DNA of 64,000 nucleotides. Origin: Diplonema japonicum. Lineage: Eukaryota > Protista > Euglenozoa: Diplonemea. The DNA is taken from positions 558,001 through 622,000 of the forward strand of contig OZ025674.1 of NCBI GenBank assembly GCA_964019335.1, given 5' to 3'. The notes under the pieces are model-generated. The model had not been told where the DNA came from. It saw only the letters and a list, made by a program, of their open reading frames with translations, and ran no database searches. Both the position numbers and the translations under genes were made by a program. How positions within the stretch are numbered: the stretch's first letter is position 1; every line of letters begins with the position of its first letter. Shown in pieces: positions 9,835 through 22,400 of this stretch.

Positions 9835-12822
9835 ATGGCGTCTCTAAAAGTCAAGCTGGGGAAGGGCGCTTCTGTGAAAGGGACATACCTCAGCAGACGA
9901 GAGGCTGCGTATATGATCAACCCGAAGGTGTACATCGAGGTTAATGGTGCCAAAGTGGGCGCCTCAGAGAAAGTGGAGAAGACGAGGGACCCCAACTGGG
10001 ACGCCACTGTGGTGTGCAGCGACATCCCGAAAGGTGCAAAGCTCGCAACAGGGAAGATTCGGTTCAATGTTGTTCATGCTAATAACTATGGTGGCGAGGA
10101 GATGACTGTTGGGCACGTCGCTGTTCCCATCAATATGTGTAAGGAGAATGAGATGATAGAACTCAAGCTACTATCTGATGATACTCAAGAGGAGCACGGT
10201 GGAACGTTGACAGCATCATGGGAATTCAAAGAGGCGCCCCCGACGCCTGAACAGGCACCGGCATCAGTACCCGATCCTGTCCCTGCTGTTTCTGCTCCCT
10301 CTCCCGTGCAAAAGAAGTCGGGTGAAGATGATGAGCAGGCAGCAAAAGCTGCTCTCATCAGGGAGATGGAAGAACAGGACAAGAAAGAAGCCATTCGCCA
10401 GGCGGAGCTAGATGAGCTGAATAAAAAACGAGATGCACTGCTAGCATCTCTCTCCTCAGGTACAGGACAGGCAACAAATCCCTTGCAGCAGCCGCCGTCT
10501 CAATCACGGCCACTACAGCAGTTAGAAGCACAGCAACCCAAGCCAGTGCAGCAGCCCCAGCCACAAGTACAGCAACCTCAGCCAGTGCAGCAGCCTCAAG
10601 TACAGCAACCCCAGCCAGTGCAGCAGCAGTCTCAAGTACAGCAGCAGCCTCAACCACAAATGCAGCTAGCGCAGCCTGCTCCCGTGACACACATCCCTCT
10701 GTCACAACAGCAAATGGATCAGCCTCCTTCAATGTCTGCTAGGGTTGTTCAACATCCAGCGCAACCACTTGCCACACAGCCAGTTAAGATAGAGCAAGTT
10801 CTGCAGCAGGCCCCCACGGAGCAGCAGCTTGTAGTCGATGCACCTGTAGAGAGGCGGCCAGATTTGCGGGTTCAAACACAGCAGTCTCGACAGGCCAGCC
10901 CCCAGCCCACTCCTACCAGACCGCCGAAATCGCCCTCGCTCACGGATACAGCAAAAGGAACTGTTGCCCGCGGGGATCCGGGTAGCACGAGGTCCAGCGA
11001 GCCAATAGTTGCCATGGAAGTCGTCAAAAAGACAGCAAACCCTGAGGTGGATAAGAAGATCGCGGAGCTGCTGAGGAAAAAACAAGAAGCTGTGAATGAC
11101 GAACGTTACCTTGAAGCACAAAGGCTGAAGGAGGAAATAGATGCGTTTCAGAAACAGGCTGAACGGTCATTCGAGAAGTCAAGAACGACGATAGCTACTG
11201 GGGGCAAGGTTACGATTGTGCGCAGGCTTGACCTCGCTAGTGGGCGCGTCATTTCTGTTGGCGATGTTGGAGAGGTTATTTCAGCACCTGGGAAGCCTGC
11301 TGTCGTGCAGTTCGCAGCTGCCGATGTGTGCTTCGCAACCGACGGGGACGATGTTGAACCTATTAAAGCACCAGTGTCCTCTACCATCCCAGGGCTACCC
11401 TCCGCTGTGGCAAGAGAAGCAGCCCATCGTCAAGCAGTTGCTGACGCACCTGTGCAGAAAGAGTTTATTCAAGGAGCCCCCGTAAGGTCTAAGAGGCTCA
11501 TCCAGTTTGAGAACGGGAAGAGTGTGGAGAAAGGAGCCCTCGGGTACGCGATCAAGGTACCTGGGAGCCTTGCCATCGTGAAGGTGAACGGCTGTGTGTT
11601 TTCAGTTGACGACGGCGACGTCGAGTTGTACACGGAACCTAAGAAGGTGAGCATCAGTGAACCTCCTAGAGTTTATGAGGCTCCCAGAATGTCGGGCGAC
11701 GTCAGCATCCCATGGGTGGAAGTGCCGCAGCACATCTCTCTTACACCAGGCCGTGAATTTCGACAGACAGAAGTACCCATGCACACCCCCTCAAGCATGG
11801 GACACGTGGCGTACCCTGAGCAATCATATGGCATGAACGTTGATGTCACGGAGCTTCCTCAGGTGGCACAGGGACAGTACCACGTTGTGGTGTGCCCTGC
11901 GGACGGCGTAGACATTGTGATACGAAACATCCACCCACAAGACACCGTCATGAAGTTGAAGAGGCTCGTCCAGAAGGCGAACAACGTTGCTGCATCCCAG
12001 CAGTGCCTTAGCCAGGAGCTTGTAAACGGAAGTATGTGCACGCTGGACGACAGGCGCACGTTAGCTAGCTACGACGTGCGCACGGGCGACAGGCTTGTTC
12101 TAACGATACCTACAGGTGTGGTGCCTATCTCGTTCAGGCTTCCTAATGGCAGGCTGTGCAAGATGTCCGGAGTGAAGCTGGATGATACAGTGCTGGCCGT
12201 GAAAAGGAAGATTCACGACATTGCCAACATCCCCATATCGAGGCAGCGACTGGTTCTTGGTAGCACTGGGGAAGAACTACAAGATAGGAAAACACTGTCG
12301 ATGAGCAAGGTAGTGGCTGGCAGTGAGGTGTTCATTGAGGAGAAGGACGGGCGGAAGACAGGTGCAGTGCGTGTCGGCGCATTGAGGCTGCACGTTATTG
12401 ATGAGATTGGTGATCGCGAGTCACGGACTTTTGGGCGCAGCCTGCCTCTGCATTGCAGTGCTGATGACACAGTGATGAGCGCAAAAAGGTTCTTGGGAGG
12501 GAGGCTGGGCATAGGAGCTCAGGCCCTAGAACTTCGCCATCATGGCGTGCCCTTGAGAGACATGCAGAAGATGCGCGATGTGCTGCAGGGAAGCACGACG
12601 GGGCTCAGCCTTGCGTACAAGACAGCGACTCATTCACACTCTGACCTCCACCAGCAGGTCACCGATCTGCGCGCTACAGCATCCACCCTTGCTTCCCGCA
12701 ACGCTGCCCTAAACACCTCCATCTCGACCATCCGCGACAGAAACTACGGTTTCTCACCCGACCCCTACAGTCACATCCACAACATGCAAGCAAGGCAGAC
12801 TTCCCCGAGAAGGAACTTTTAG
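9835..12822 (+). CDS. C2 domain + PQ-rich linker + UVR motif + two SH3-like repeats + three ubiquitin-like domains
   Basis: C2: NPKVYIEV..KVEKTRDPNWD..VGHVAVPI. UVR: LLRKKQEAVNDERYLEAQRLKEEI. UBLs: DTVMKLKRLV..QQCL..LDDRRTLASY; DTVLAVKRKI..PISRQRLV..ELQDRKTL; DTVMSAKRFL..LELRHHGVPLRD. Confidence 0.75.
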   Translation: MASLKVKLGKGASVKGTYLSRREAAYMINPKVYIEVNGAKVGASEKVEKTRDPNWDATVVCSDIPKGAKLATGKIRFNVVHANNYGGEEMTVGHVAVPINMCKENEMIELKLLSDDTQEEHGGTLTASWEFKEAPPTPEQAPASVPDPVPAVSAPSPVQKKSGEDDEQAAKAALIREMEEQDKKEAIRQAELDELNKKRDALLASLSSGTGQATNPLQQPPSQSRPLQQLEAQQPKPVQQPQPQVQQPQPVQQPQVQQPQPVQQQSQVQQQPQPQMQLAQPAPVTHIPLSQQQMDQPPSMSARVVQHPAQPLATQPVKIEQVLQQAPTEQQLVVDAPVERRPDLRVQTQQSRQASPQPTPTRPPKSPSLTDTAKGTVARGDPGSTRSSEPIVAMEVVKKTANPEVDKKIAELLRKKQEAVNDERYLEAQRLKEEIDAFQKQAERSFEKSRTTIATGGKVTIVRRLDLASGRVISVGDVGEVISAPGKPAVVQFAAADVCFATDGDDVEPIKAPVSSTIPGLPSAVAREAAHRQAVADAPVQKEFIQGAPVRSKRLIQFENGKSVEKGALGYAIKVPGSLAIVKVNGCVFSVDDGDVELYTEPKKVSISEPPRVYEAPRMSGDVSIPWVEVPQHISLTPGREFRQTEVPMHTPSSMGHVAYPEQSYGMNVDVTELPQVAQGQYHVVVCPADGVDIVIRNIHPQDTVMKLKRLVQKANNVAASQQCLSQELVNGSMCTLDDRRTLASYDVRTGDRLVLTIPTGVVPISFRLPNGRLCKMSGVKLDDTVLAVKRKIHDIANIPISRQRLVLGSTGEELQDRKTLSMSKVVAGSEVFIEEKDGRKTGAVRVGALRLHVIDEIGDRESRTFGRSLPLHCSADDTVMSAKRFLGGRLGIGAQALELRHHGVPLRDMQKMRDVLQGSTTGLSLAYKTATHSHSDLHQQVTDLRATASTLASRNAALNTSISTIRDRNYGFSPDPYSHIHNMQARQTSPRRNF
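10530..10670 (+). repeat. Imperfect coding tandem repeat (QQPQPV/QQPQV)
   Basis: Repeated cagccagtgcagcag and caagtacagcaacc units. Confidence 0.8.
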
Positions 12823-13036
12823 TTTGAAATGATTGTTAGAAATAGAATCCTCCCCTTCAGTGTTAGTTTGTGTTAATACATGGTTAAGGAGCATCCACTC
12901 CCTTCTTTTCCCCTTGTTTACATGTTACCGCTCCCTCGGTTTCTGCTTCTTAGATCTTATTCGTAGCAAGACCACTGCGCAGAATACACTTATGTTTAAA
13001 AAGGTAAACGCACTGCATTGTAAGCCACGTGTAAAA

Positions 13037-14129
13037 ATGAACAGTCTTGGGTGGGTAGCGGTAGGTGGCATTGTGGCCGCAATTGTGTTGCTTCGGTCGC
13101 AGCAGTACAGGTATAGTGGCCTTGTATAGGGTTCATGGGACACAGGTTGCTGTACTTTCCGCAGTTCGGGTTTCAAGAAGCGAAGATGGCGACACCGGAG
13201 GACTTCCAAAAGCGCAACTGGAAGAAGGTAACATAGAATTCATGTGACAACAAGCCACAGGTTGATATCGAAGTGAACAGCAAGATCAGCCTCGGCGGAT
13301 ATTTCATGATGTGGCCACACGAAGGTCACACAGTTGGTGATACGTGGAAGAGGGTCCCCACTATCCTCTACCTCCATGGGAATGCTGGGAATATCGGCCA
13401 TAGGCTACCCATTGCTTTCTCGCTTCAGGAAGCAAGTAAATGTAATGTAATGTTTGTTGCGTACCGTGGGTTCAGAGGCAGCACTCATGAGGCGCCCTCA
13501 GAGTCAGGTTTGATCGAAGATGGCGTCCACGCTCTTAAGTGGTTAAAGACGAGTGGTGTCGACACCTCAAAGGTGTTCCTCATGGGCACTTCGCTAGGCG
13601 CCGCCGTCACCTTAGGTGCTGCTACGAAGTCCCCTATCATGCTCAAGGGTCTCATTATCGAAAACACTTTTACTTCTATCAGCGACATGACCGACGTTCT
13701 TCTCAGTAAGGCTGTTAGGCAAGTCTCGCAACGCGTTACTGCCAACCAGCAGTTGACAACCTCGGTTCCTACAAAAACAGCCTATTCTTGCCTGTTGTTC
13801 TTTGTTACATCCCTCCCCACCATCTGGAAAGTACTGAAACCTGTGCTCCTTGCACTGAATTGGAATTCTATTGAACGTATTCGCCGCCTCCCCGAGCAAC
13901 AGAACATCCTGTTCTTGTCGGGCACCAGGGACGAGCTCATCCCTGTAGACCACATGAACACTCTGTTTGCTGAGTGCAGCAGTAAACAAAAGAAATTCAT
14001 CAGCTTCCCTTTTGGTATGTACACTCACTGAGAAACCTTATCTTCATAGGGCACCACAACGATACGTACTGTCAGCCGTCATGGGATTCACAGATAGCAG
14101 AATGGATAAACACTTGCTTAGAGAAGTAG
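13037..14129 (+). CDS. ABHD13/Bem46-like alpha/beta hydrolase, 3 introns
   Basis: N-terminal TM, then Q.RLLYFP, LHGNAGNIGHR, YRGF, GTSLG nucleophile, ENTFTSI, DELIP. The catalytic GHHND appears only after splicing. Introns 13111-13145, 13228-13260, 14015-14049. Confidence 0.85.
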
Positions 14130-14204
14130 CTGCACTTGGCTGCTCTTGTTTAATCGAGATTGGTGAACTCTCATATTTTGAGCATCACTACATAACAGGA
14201 AGGA

Positions 14205-15144
14205 ATGGAGGGTTCGCAAGAAGAGGTGCTGCAGTCCAGCGAGGACATGGCCGGTGAAGTGCGTTCAGGATGGCAAAAGATGATCGAAGGCTATGTCACC
14301 TTGCAGAGAGCTTTGAGCGACGTAGAGGCGGCAAAGGAGCAGCAGAACGCACTGGCGGGACTTATGAGATACAGCAAGATCTTAACCGCAAGCATGTTGG
14401 CACATGTGTCTAGGTACAAGAATGTACGGCGGAAGGCGACAACCATGGACTTTTCGTGGGGTCTGGAGGAACCTGTTCAGCCTGCTACGAGATTCACATA
14501 TGACGAGCCATGTGAGCCGATGCCCTTCATAGGGGGCACTGCTGCAGAGGAGCAAGGACTTCTGAGGAACATGGTTTACACACTTGGGACAGAGCTCAGC
14601 AAGGAGATAAGAGATCGGAGTATCGCATCCTCTGTTGAAGCATCGCTTGCTTCCATTGCGGCCACCAGTAGGAGAGACGTGGAACTGTCGTTCGCACTAA
14701 AGAACAGGCTAAAGGAAGTCGATGTGCCGTTCAGCGATGTCGAGAAGAGCAGAGCAGCCGTCGCTGACGTGATGGCGGCAAACACGGCGTTGAAGGATCG
14801 CAGCGACAGGCTGCGTGCGGATTGCCTGAAGTTGGGTGGTGACAAGTTTACGCTTCTGGGAGACAAATCCCTCATGCTTACCAAGATCAGAGACTTAGAA
14901 AAACAAATCCATAACTTGACAGAAGACAATGGGCGCTATCGAAAGATAGCTAGCCTAGCGCGGCACAAGAACCCACAGTCGCAGAAGGCAAAAACAAAAG
15001 GGACAATAACAGTGGGAGGCATCGAGATGGAACCAGAGGTGGTGCAATGGCTGAAGGAGATGTATGTCTCGCTGAGCACCGAAGTGGAGCAGCCTGTCGA
15101 GGAGGTCGAAGGCCACACCGGTTCAGTGTTCTCGGAGTACATAA
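14205..15144 (+). CDS. Coiled-coil hypothetical protein (3' end uncertain)
   Basis: The unspliced ORF runs to 15425 into pescadillo. A candidate GTATG..CAG intron at 15062-15092 gives a stop near 15144 and a normal intergenic gap. Confidence 0.5.
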
Positions 15145-15243
15145 GAAACCTGCGTGCAGACGCGCCGGCTACACCAGGGGGAGCTGCTTCTTATTTTGAT
15201 TTAGTATTCCGCAACATCTATAACACCACAGACGAATATAAAA

Positions 15244-17185
15244 ATGAAAACAAAAGGAACGGGACGTGGCACCAAGAAGGCAAAGGGCGAGAAGCAAAAG
15301 ACCTCATTCAAGCGGGCATACCTCACCAAGGCGCAGGCAGCACGCCGACTCCAGGTGACAAATGCAGAGTTCGAAAGATTAGTAATCCTGAAGGGGATCT
15401 ACCCCAGGGAACCCAAGCGATTTGATGGATCGAGCGGAAAGGACAAGACATACTACTTCACCAAAGACGTGTTGTGGTTGGACAGAGAGCCCATGCTGCA
15501 GAAGATGAGAGAGTTTTCCACCTACAAAAAGAAGCTCACCAGATTGAAGGGCAGGCGTGCCACCTTTGATGCAGCGGCATTCGAGAAGACACACAAACCC
15601 GAACTTCAGCACTCTCTCAGCACCATTATCAAGGAAAGGTACCCCACTTTCCTTGACGCCCTCAGAGACTGTGACGATGCCCTGACCCACATTTTTCTGT
15701 ACGCGTCCCTGCCCCCGAGGGTGGCGTCCGACAGCACCATCGAGGGACACACGTTCCTTACCTCAGCAATGTCCGATCAGTGCAAGGAGGTACGTGACAG
15801 GTGGCTGAAGTACGTCAGCTCTATGAAGAACGTGAAGAAGGCCTTCATCTCCATTAAGGGCATCTACTACCAGGCTACAGTGAAGGGTGAATCGATCACA
15901 TGGCAGTGCCCTTACGAGTTCACCTCCAAGCCACCTAAGGATGTTGTGTACCGTGTCCTTATATCATTCTTGGAGTTCTACCTGCAGCAGATGCGCTTTA
16001 TCTTGTTCAAGCTGGAACACGACCAGAAGGTGGAGGCCGAGCGTCAGGAGCTGGAAGAGAACGATGGTGAGGAGGCTGAAAACTTCCCTGTCAGCGAACA
16101 GGAGCAGGAGCTTGCCGCGAAGCATAAAAGGCACAGCGAGCTTCTTAAGGGACTTGTTTTCTGCGTGTCGAGGGAGGTGCCGAAAATGCATATCAAATTC
16201 ATTGTCGAGTCCTTTGGTGGTGTGGTCGTCGATGCGATGAAAAAGGGTGTGACCCACTGTGTCATGGACAGGCCCAAGCTGCCACCTGGTGAAACAAAGG
16301 TATGCTTACATCAGGCATAACACCTCTTCGCAGCAAGTGGGTGTTGACTACGTACAGCCGCAGTGGCTCTTCGACTGCGTGAATGCAAAGGTATGCCAAG
16401 ATAATAAAGACACATGCAACAGGGACTGCTGCCTGTGGAAGAATACTTGCTGGGGAAGAACCTCCCGTCTCACGTCTCTCCCTTCCGTATCTCGATCGCT
16501 GATGACGCAGAGGAGAATGAGGAGCTCGAGCATGCTGTGGCGGCGGATAGGCGTATTCAAGATAAGGACATCCCCGACAGAGTGCACGAGATCAGGCGCA
16601 TGCTGGACCCCTCGTACAACAAGGCGACCCACACTGCTGATGTCCACTTGTCCGATGACGATGAGGATGATGAGGCGGTGCAAGACGAGGCAGATGCCGA
16701 CGACAGCTCGTTCGAGGAGGATGAGGAAAGCAGCTTCGACCCGGACGAGCACGTGAAAGAGGAAATCAAGAGGACCTCCGCCTCGAAGAAACGTCTCCAG
16801 AAGCAGCTTGCAACAGGTGACAACAAACCTTCAGAGGAGGCTGTGGTTGCAAAGAAGCGTGCGAAGCTGGCAAGTAAGAAGGCTGAAAAGAGCGGCTTGG
16901 ACGTGAATGACAGGAAGAAGAGAAAGCTTGAAGAGATGGCTGCGAAGGAAGAGGCTGACAAGGAGTTCAAGGAGGCAGTGATGCCCACAAAAGCGAGAAA
17001 GCTGTACAAGGCAATGAAGTTCGGTATCAACAAGCGCAAGAAGGAGCTCAATGAGATCGAGGACCGCCGTGAAATGGTATGCTGTACATCAACTCAACCC
17101 AGCCCATCAACAGATCCGCACCGGCGAAGCCAAATTCGATAGCAAATCCCGCACTCTGAAAATCTCGAAGAAGTCAAAGAAATAA
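15244..17185 (+). CDS. PES1: Pescadillo/Nop7 ribosome biogenesis protein with BRCT domain, 3 introns
   Basis: YLTKAQAARRLQV..ILKGIYPREPK, IKERYPTFLDALRD.DDAL, KAFISIKGIYYQA, SREVP, YVQPQWLFDCVN, LPSHVSPF. Introns 16300-16333, 16391-16422, 17077-17113. Confidence 0.95.
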
Positions 17186-17450
17186 ATAAGCATGTAACAC
17201 AAGCCCGCCACCACTTTTGTTTTTCATAATATATCACAAATCATTCTCTGCTATCACCGTTTTTTTATCTCTCTTTCTCGTTTTTTTTTTCTTTTCCCCT
17301 TTTTTTCTTTCGCCTATTTCAGCGTTTCCTCTCGTTACCCCTTTGTCATTTTCCTTTTTCTTTTTCTTATTCTTTTCTTTTTGTTTTGCAAGTTTTCGTA
17401 CCCGTTTTTCTCACCTACGAGATTGCGTACGTAACACACACAGCTCGTAG

Positions 17451-19383
17451 ATGCTGAGCATCGAGCGGAATAAGGAATTTGAGAAGCTAAGAAAGCAGTA
17501 TGTAGAGCAGAAGAGTAAGACAAAGAATAAGACTGATGGGGAGATGATCAGTGTGGGGGAAGAGCGCAAGCTGCGTGGGTGGGGACATGGAGAGTCGCCC
17601 GAGAGCACCAGGGTGCTGCTGTCGACTCGGTCGCTGCCGAAGGCGTTGAAGGTGTTCGGGCTGTCTGCTGCGACACAAAGGGAGAATGAAGGCCGTTTGC
17701 ATGCTCGGCAGCTATCTGCAAAGATACTCCAAAAAGGTTCCAGCAACACACAACCCAGCCCCCCAAGGCGTTTGACTACTCGTCCCCCGTGCCACGTCGT
17801 GCTCGACACCTCGCGTCACAGAAGCGTGGAAAGCAGCGACCTCCCCTCCTTTGAGATACTCACCCCTACTGCAGCCACTCAGAAGAAAGAAGCTCAGGCA
17901 CAAGACGCCTCTCAGGCAGAGGAAACTAAACTCGTTCCCCATCCCCCTTCCGTTCCCTGCCACTACCCTTCTACGCGCGATGCCGCAAATCACCTTCGCA
18001 CACAGTTGAAGCACCTCATCGCCACTTCTTCCGAAAGGATCGAGCACTGCAAGAACGGTGACACCTTCCTCCCCGACCCCCCTAAGCCCCGCAGTCTCGC
18101 CTCTGACGATGAGGTACGCCCGGAAGACATTTTCCAGTTGACCTCCATGCACGAGACGCTGCACTCTGTTGAGACACCCCTGATACCTGTGTCCGCAAAG
18201 GATGTCATTCAAGGCACCACTATGCAGGACCTTCAGGTGACACTCGGGCCTGGTGCGGGCAGCACAGCAGCGTCTGAGGCATCTCCCCCTATGTCGCCAA
18301 TAAACAGTAGGCCGGCTACTGCCAAGCGCAAACCATCTGACCATAAGGAATTTGTACAGGTATCACGGTTTAAAAGAGAAATGCATCAAATCACCGTACA
18401 GCAACTTCGGAGCGAGAGGCACGACTTCCTCAAAGCAGCAACAACGAGCATTGAGAGGTACAACGTGCAGAGGCACCAGATGCACAAGATGAAGCGGACG
18501 ACGCTGCAGGTATGATGAAGTGTGGTAGTAACGCACCGTACAGTCGAACTTGAAGCGGTCATGGGAGAAAGCGTTGCGTCTCATGATGCGAGCAGTCACG
18601 GAAGAGCTTGAGAAGCAATCTGCTGCAGAAAGACAGCACGCATACCGAGATATGTTCCTCCGGTTTGAAAAGAACGTGAAGGAACACTTCGTGAGGACGT
18701 TGTCGTTGGGAACTCGCCAGATCCTTGAAGAACTGCGTGGGTTCTTCATGGACGAGTGTGTGTCCACAGACGTAAAGAGGTTTGAGGGTCTGCTGTGCCT
18801 GCTGACAGGGAGCAGGTTCCTGCTCGACGACTCTGTTTCCGTGCTGTACAGCATCAAGCACTTGTTTCACGTCAGCGATCAGCAGTTTGCTGACCAGCTC
18901 CGTAGCAAGATGCGAGGTGTCCTTGACAAATGGGAGGACAACATGGAGACAAAGGTGCTCCCCACCAACGATGAGAATGCTTTGGACTGGGTTCTGCAAC
19001 TGCACCACTCATACGTAGGCAGCAGCACCATTGCGTGGGTTTTGCTTGATGCGTCCAACAGCTCTGAGCAGCAGTGCTTAGATTGGGTGAAGCACCTGTC
19101 TAATAACCCTGCAGCTCTCCCCAAGATAGCGGTAGCGTTGACAAGTGTTGACCCCCAGCAAATATCGCAGCAGATTATATCGTGGGCCATCAACAACCCT
19201 TTCCTCTCCGCCCTCCTCCCTCAGCCATGGCTAGCTAGCTGCCGCTTGCAATTATCAAAAAAGCCAGTTCCGCCGAAAGAGCGCAAATCATCGAAGTACG
19301 ACCTACTTGGCAAGATGAAGCGAAAGAAGAGTTTTATTTCAACACCAGCGCGTCATACTGTCTTCAATGACATTAGTAGTTAG
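17451..19383 (+). CDS. Hypothetical protein, 1 intron
   Basis: Intron 18510-18543 (GTATG..ACAG) joins two ORFs in frame. Confidence 0.65.
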
Positions 19384-19433
19384 TAATCTTGTCTTTTTGT
19401 TGCCTCGCGCAGCTCATTTCACAAGCTTCATGC

Positions 19434-22400
19434 ATGATATGGTATTTGGCAGTTGTCTTGGGTGCTCTGCACACCACAGAGACGATCCCTTACATCAAGG
19501 AGAGCAGCATCGAAGCGGGCGTGCACTTTAGGGTGAGGTTGTCAGTAGCAGGAGGTACGGTTCAGAGGAATGGAAGTGTCAGCAGCACGGCGACGAGGAT
19601 ACGCATTATCCGTGCTGTGGAAACGACAGGTGTGCAACACCACTGCAATGATAGTTTAGATGCGTCGCTTAGCAATGGGGTGTATGCAGAGGTAGCGGAC
19701 CTGAGTGCCAAAGGTGGGGGTAACAGCACAGATTCGTCTGAAGCAGATGACTGGGAAGCTACCGACGGCTACGCCACCTTTGCAGCCCCCACGTACGACT
19801 TTAAAATTTGTTATCTGAATCCCAACTACTCGTCCGAGTGGCGTGTACCTGACTCTGATTCCGACACAGTCGACGGTGACATCTACAATGTGACGGAAGC
19901 CTCACTGACATGGACCAGCTTAACAGATGATTACGCAGCAGGCACATGGACCGCTTTTAGAATAAACGGCGTGGTCATGAACGTGACGGTGCATGCTCTC
20001 TACTCCGATGCCTTCAAGATAGTCGAGACTGGCAAACTCTGCATCACGGAGGGCAATGGCTTCTACTACCACTCAGATGACAAGTTCGAAGACAGCTTGA
20101 CCACTAACTCACTGGACGGATCCCTTGCTTACTATCTAGGCACCGAAGACGAAGCACGTGCTCCTGAAGGTGTCTACAGCACAGTTATCGCCAGGGTAAA
20201 GCTTCCTGCAGCAGGAACATACGGGATCTGCTATTCGTCAGAGCACCACGACAGGTACTACCCAGGTGCACCCGGATGGAGGTACTTGCCGTTGTCCTCA
20301 ACACCGCTTAGTGCAACGGACACCACGCTCATTGTGGCAAACAGCTCCTCACAGGGGTACCTTTCATGGCAGTTGGCAGACAAAACCCAGCACTCCTTTG
20401 CGAGTCTCAAGATACACAGCACGTTACAAGATCTTACAAGATCACAATCGGATGGTACTTTCCAAGCCCCTATTCTGACAGGAGGCGACCAGCTGCGTAT
20501 ACTGGACAGCTCTTTATTGAAGGGTATTGTCAGCCTCGGATGTTGGAGCGATGTTGCAAACGAGGTACGCTTGAACTACTCGTACCAGCTGGGACCTACG
20601 AGCACTACACGGATGCTACCCAACACAGATCTTGTGGCAGGTGACGTGCTGCTCACTTTGGCCACGTTGTCGTTTTCTGTTCTCGCAACCGAAGCTTGGG
20701 CGCAGTTACGCTTACCAGACAAGGGTGACTACACTATCTGTTATCGAAGACCGCATTCAAACTGGGTTCCCATAGCACCAGAACTACTAACGGTAGAAGG
20801 CTATGTAAATATCACGTGGTACTTGAATGACACGACGGAGGGGTCGCAGGCACAGCTGCGTCTCACATCGTCGAAGCCTGTTATGAATACAATGCCTTTG
20901 GATCCCGGTGCTACTGCGACGGGTGGTGTTGCTGTCAAACTTGTTGCTGTGGATGAAAGCTGCGCTCTCGCAGAGCCTGTGGTGCAGGCATGGGACGCAG
21001 GTAACAGGGAGGTTCCTTGGGGCACTGCTAAGACATGGGATGCCGACAGCACTGCTGTCACCGATGTGGTTTACATGTATCTGACACTACCTAACGTTGA
21101 TGCGCGCGGTTATCGCGTTTGCATTAAACATGGGAATTACAACTGGTGGGCAGCAGCATCTGATTCAGGTGATGACATACTATACGTGATGCCTTCCCGT
21201 AGGTTGCGGGTAGAGGTTCGCGATGCACGTGCAGGGATGCTGAGTGCTGTGCACCTAATTGCCACAACAGATCTGATCGACACCAGACCAGCTTCGGAAC
21301 AAAACGGCGAATGGCAATATGGCACAATTGTACGTTTGGTGCCCAATGAAACATGGTGCGCACCTACTTACCCTGACATGTATGAGAACTACACAAGTAA
21401 TGACCTCAGCATGCCATGCGGCGGGGATACCATAGAGTACTGCGCAACGGACGAGCCGGAGGCTGCAGTAGCCGATGCACATGTCACGATACCCCCAGCG
21501 GGGTCTTACGCAATATGTGTAAAACAAGGGACTAACAATTGGATAGCGCTGCACTCTATTGATGTACTTCCAAGCACAACATACTATTTGAGCAGCATGC
21601 AAGTAGTCAGCGGTACAATGGCATACATATCACTTCGAAGCAGCCAGCCAGCTGTGGTTAGCCACACGACCAGCGTGAAGTTAGTGCCAATTGGTACGCC
21701 CTGCGACAGGCAGCACATCGATAGGTCCTTGTCGCTGTCATCTACGAAGCACCCTGTGCTCGACGAGGTCACAGTGCGGTTGCCTGTGTCTCCATCTATT
21801 CTCCCCTACAGTCGGTTTACTGATATGTGTATTAGTGCCGGTGGTGAGGCCTGGGCACGCACCTCACACATTGAGATTCTTCCGTCAGATATGGCGTACC
21901 TCGCTCTGGGTGTACCACTAGAAGGCAGTACACTTAGAATCGCCATCAGCTCGGCAGGAACTAGCAATACTGAAACTGACAGCTTTCTTTTGGTGAATCA
22001 CATACACTACTGTGATGTTCAGTATGAAGCACACGGACTACATGGCACGTTGGGGCCTTCGCACGAGTCTAGCCTTAGTCTTGTCATCAGCAGCGTTGAG
22101 ATCCCGCACAACGTGTTGCCCACTAGATACAGGGTGTGCTACAGACTTGGTGGCGTGTGGACTGAGGTGGCTGAAGGCCCTCCTTCTCTGCTTCCTCCTT
22201 CTTACAATGTACATCTGCTCAATGATAACGTAACCAGCATTTCATTGAGGACGACCATGACGGGTGGTGTCTCGCCTGAAGGCCTGGACCTCGCTGGTCA
22301 TACTATCCTTGCAGGCTCGCTGTCTACATTCGACATAACAAGCACCGCACGTCTTAGTGCGACCATAGCGAAGATAGTAGTGTCTTGTTCTGCTGAACCT

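Noticed and set aside
15244-15425. 182-nt overlap of ORF 14205-15425 with pescadillo
   Set aside because: Probably an artefact of an unspliced intron at 15062-15092. The overlap region reads as intergenic and acceptor sequence.
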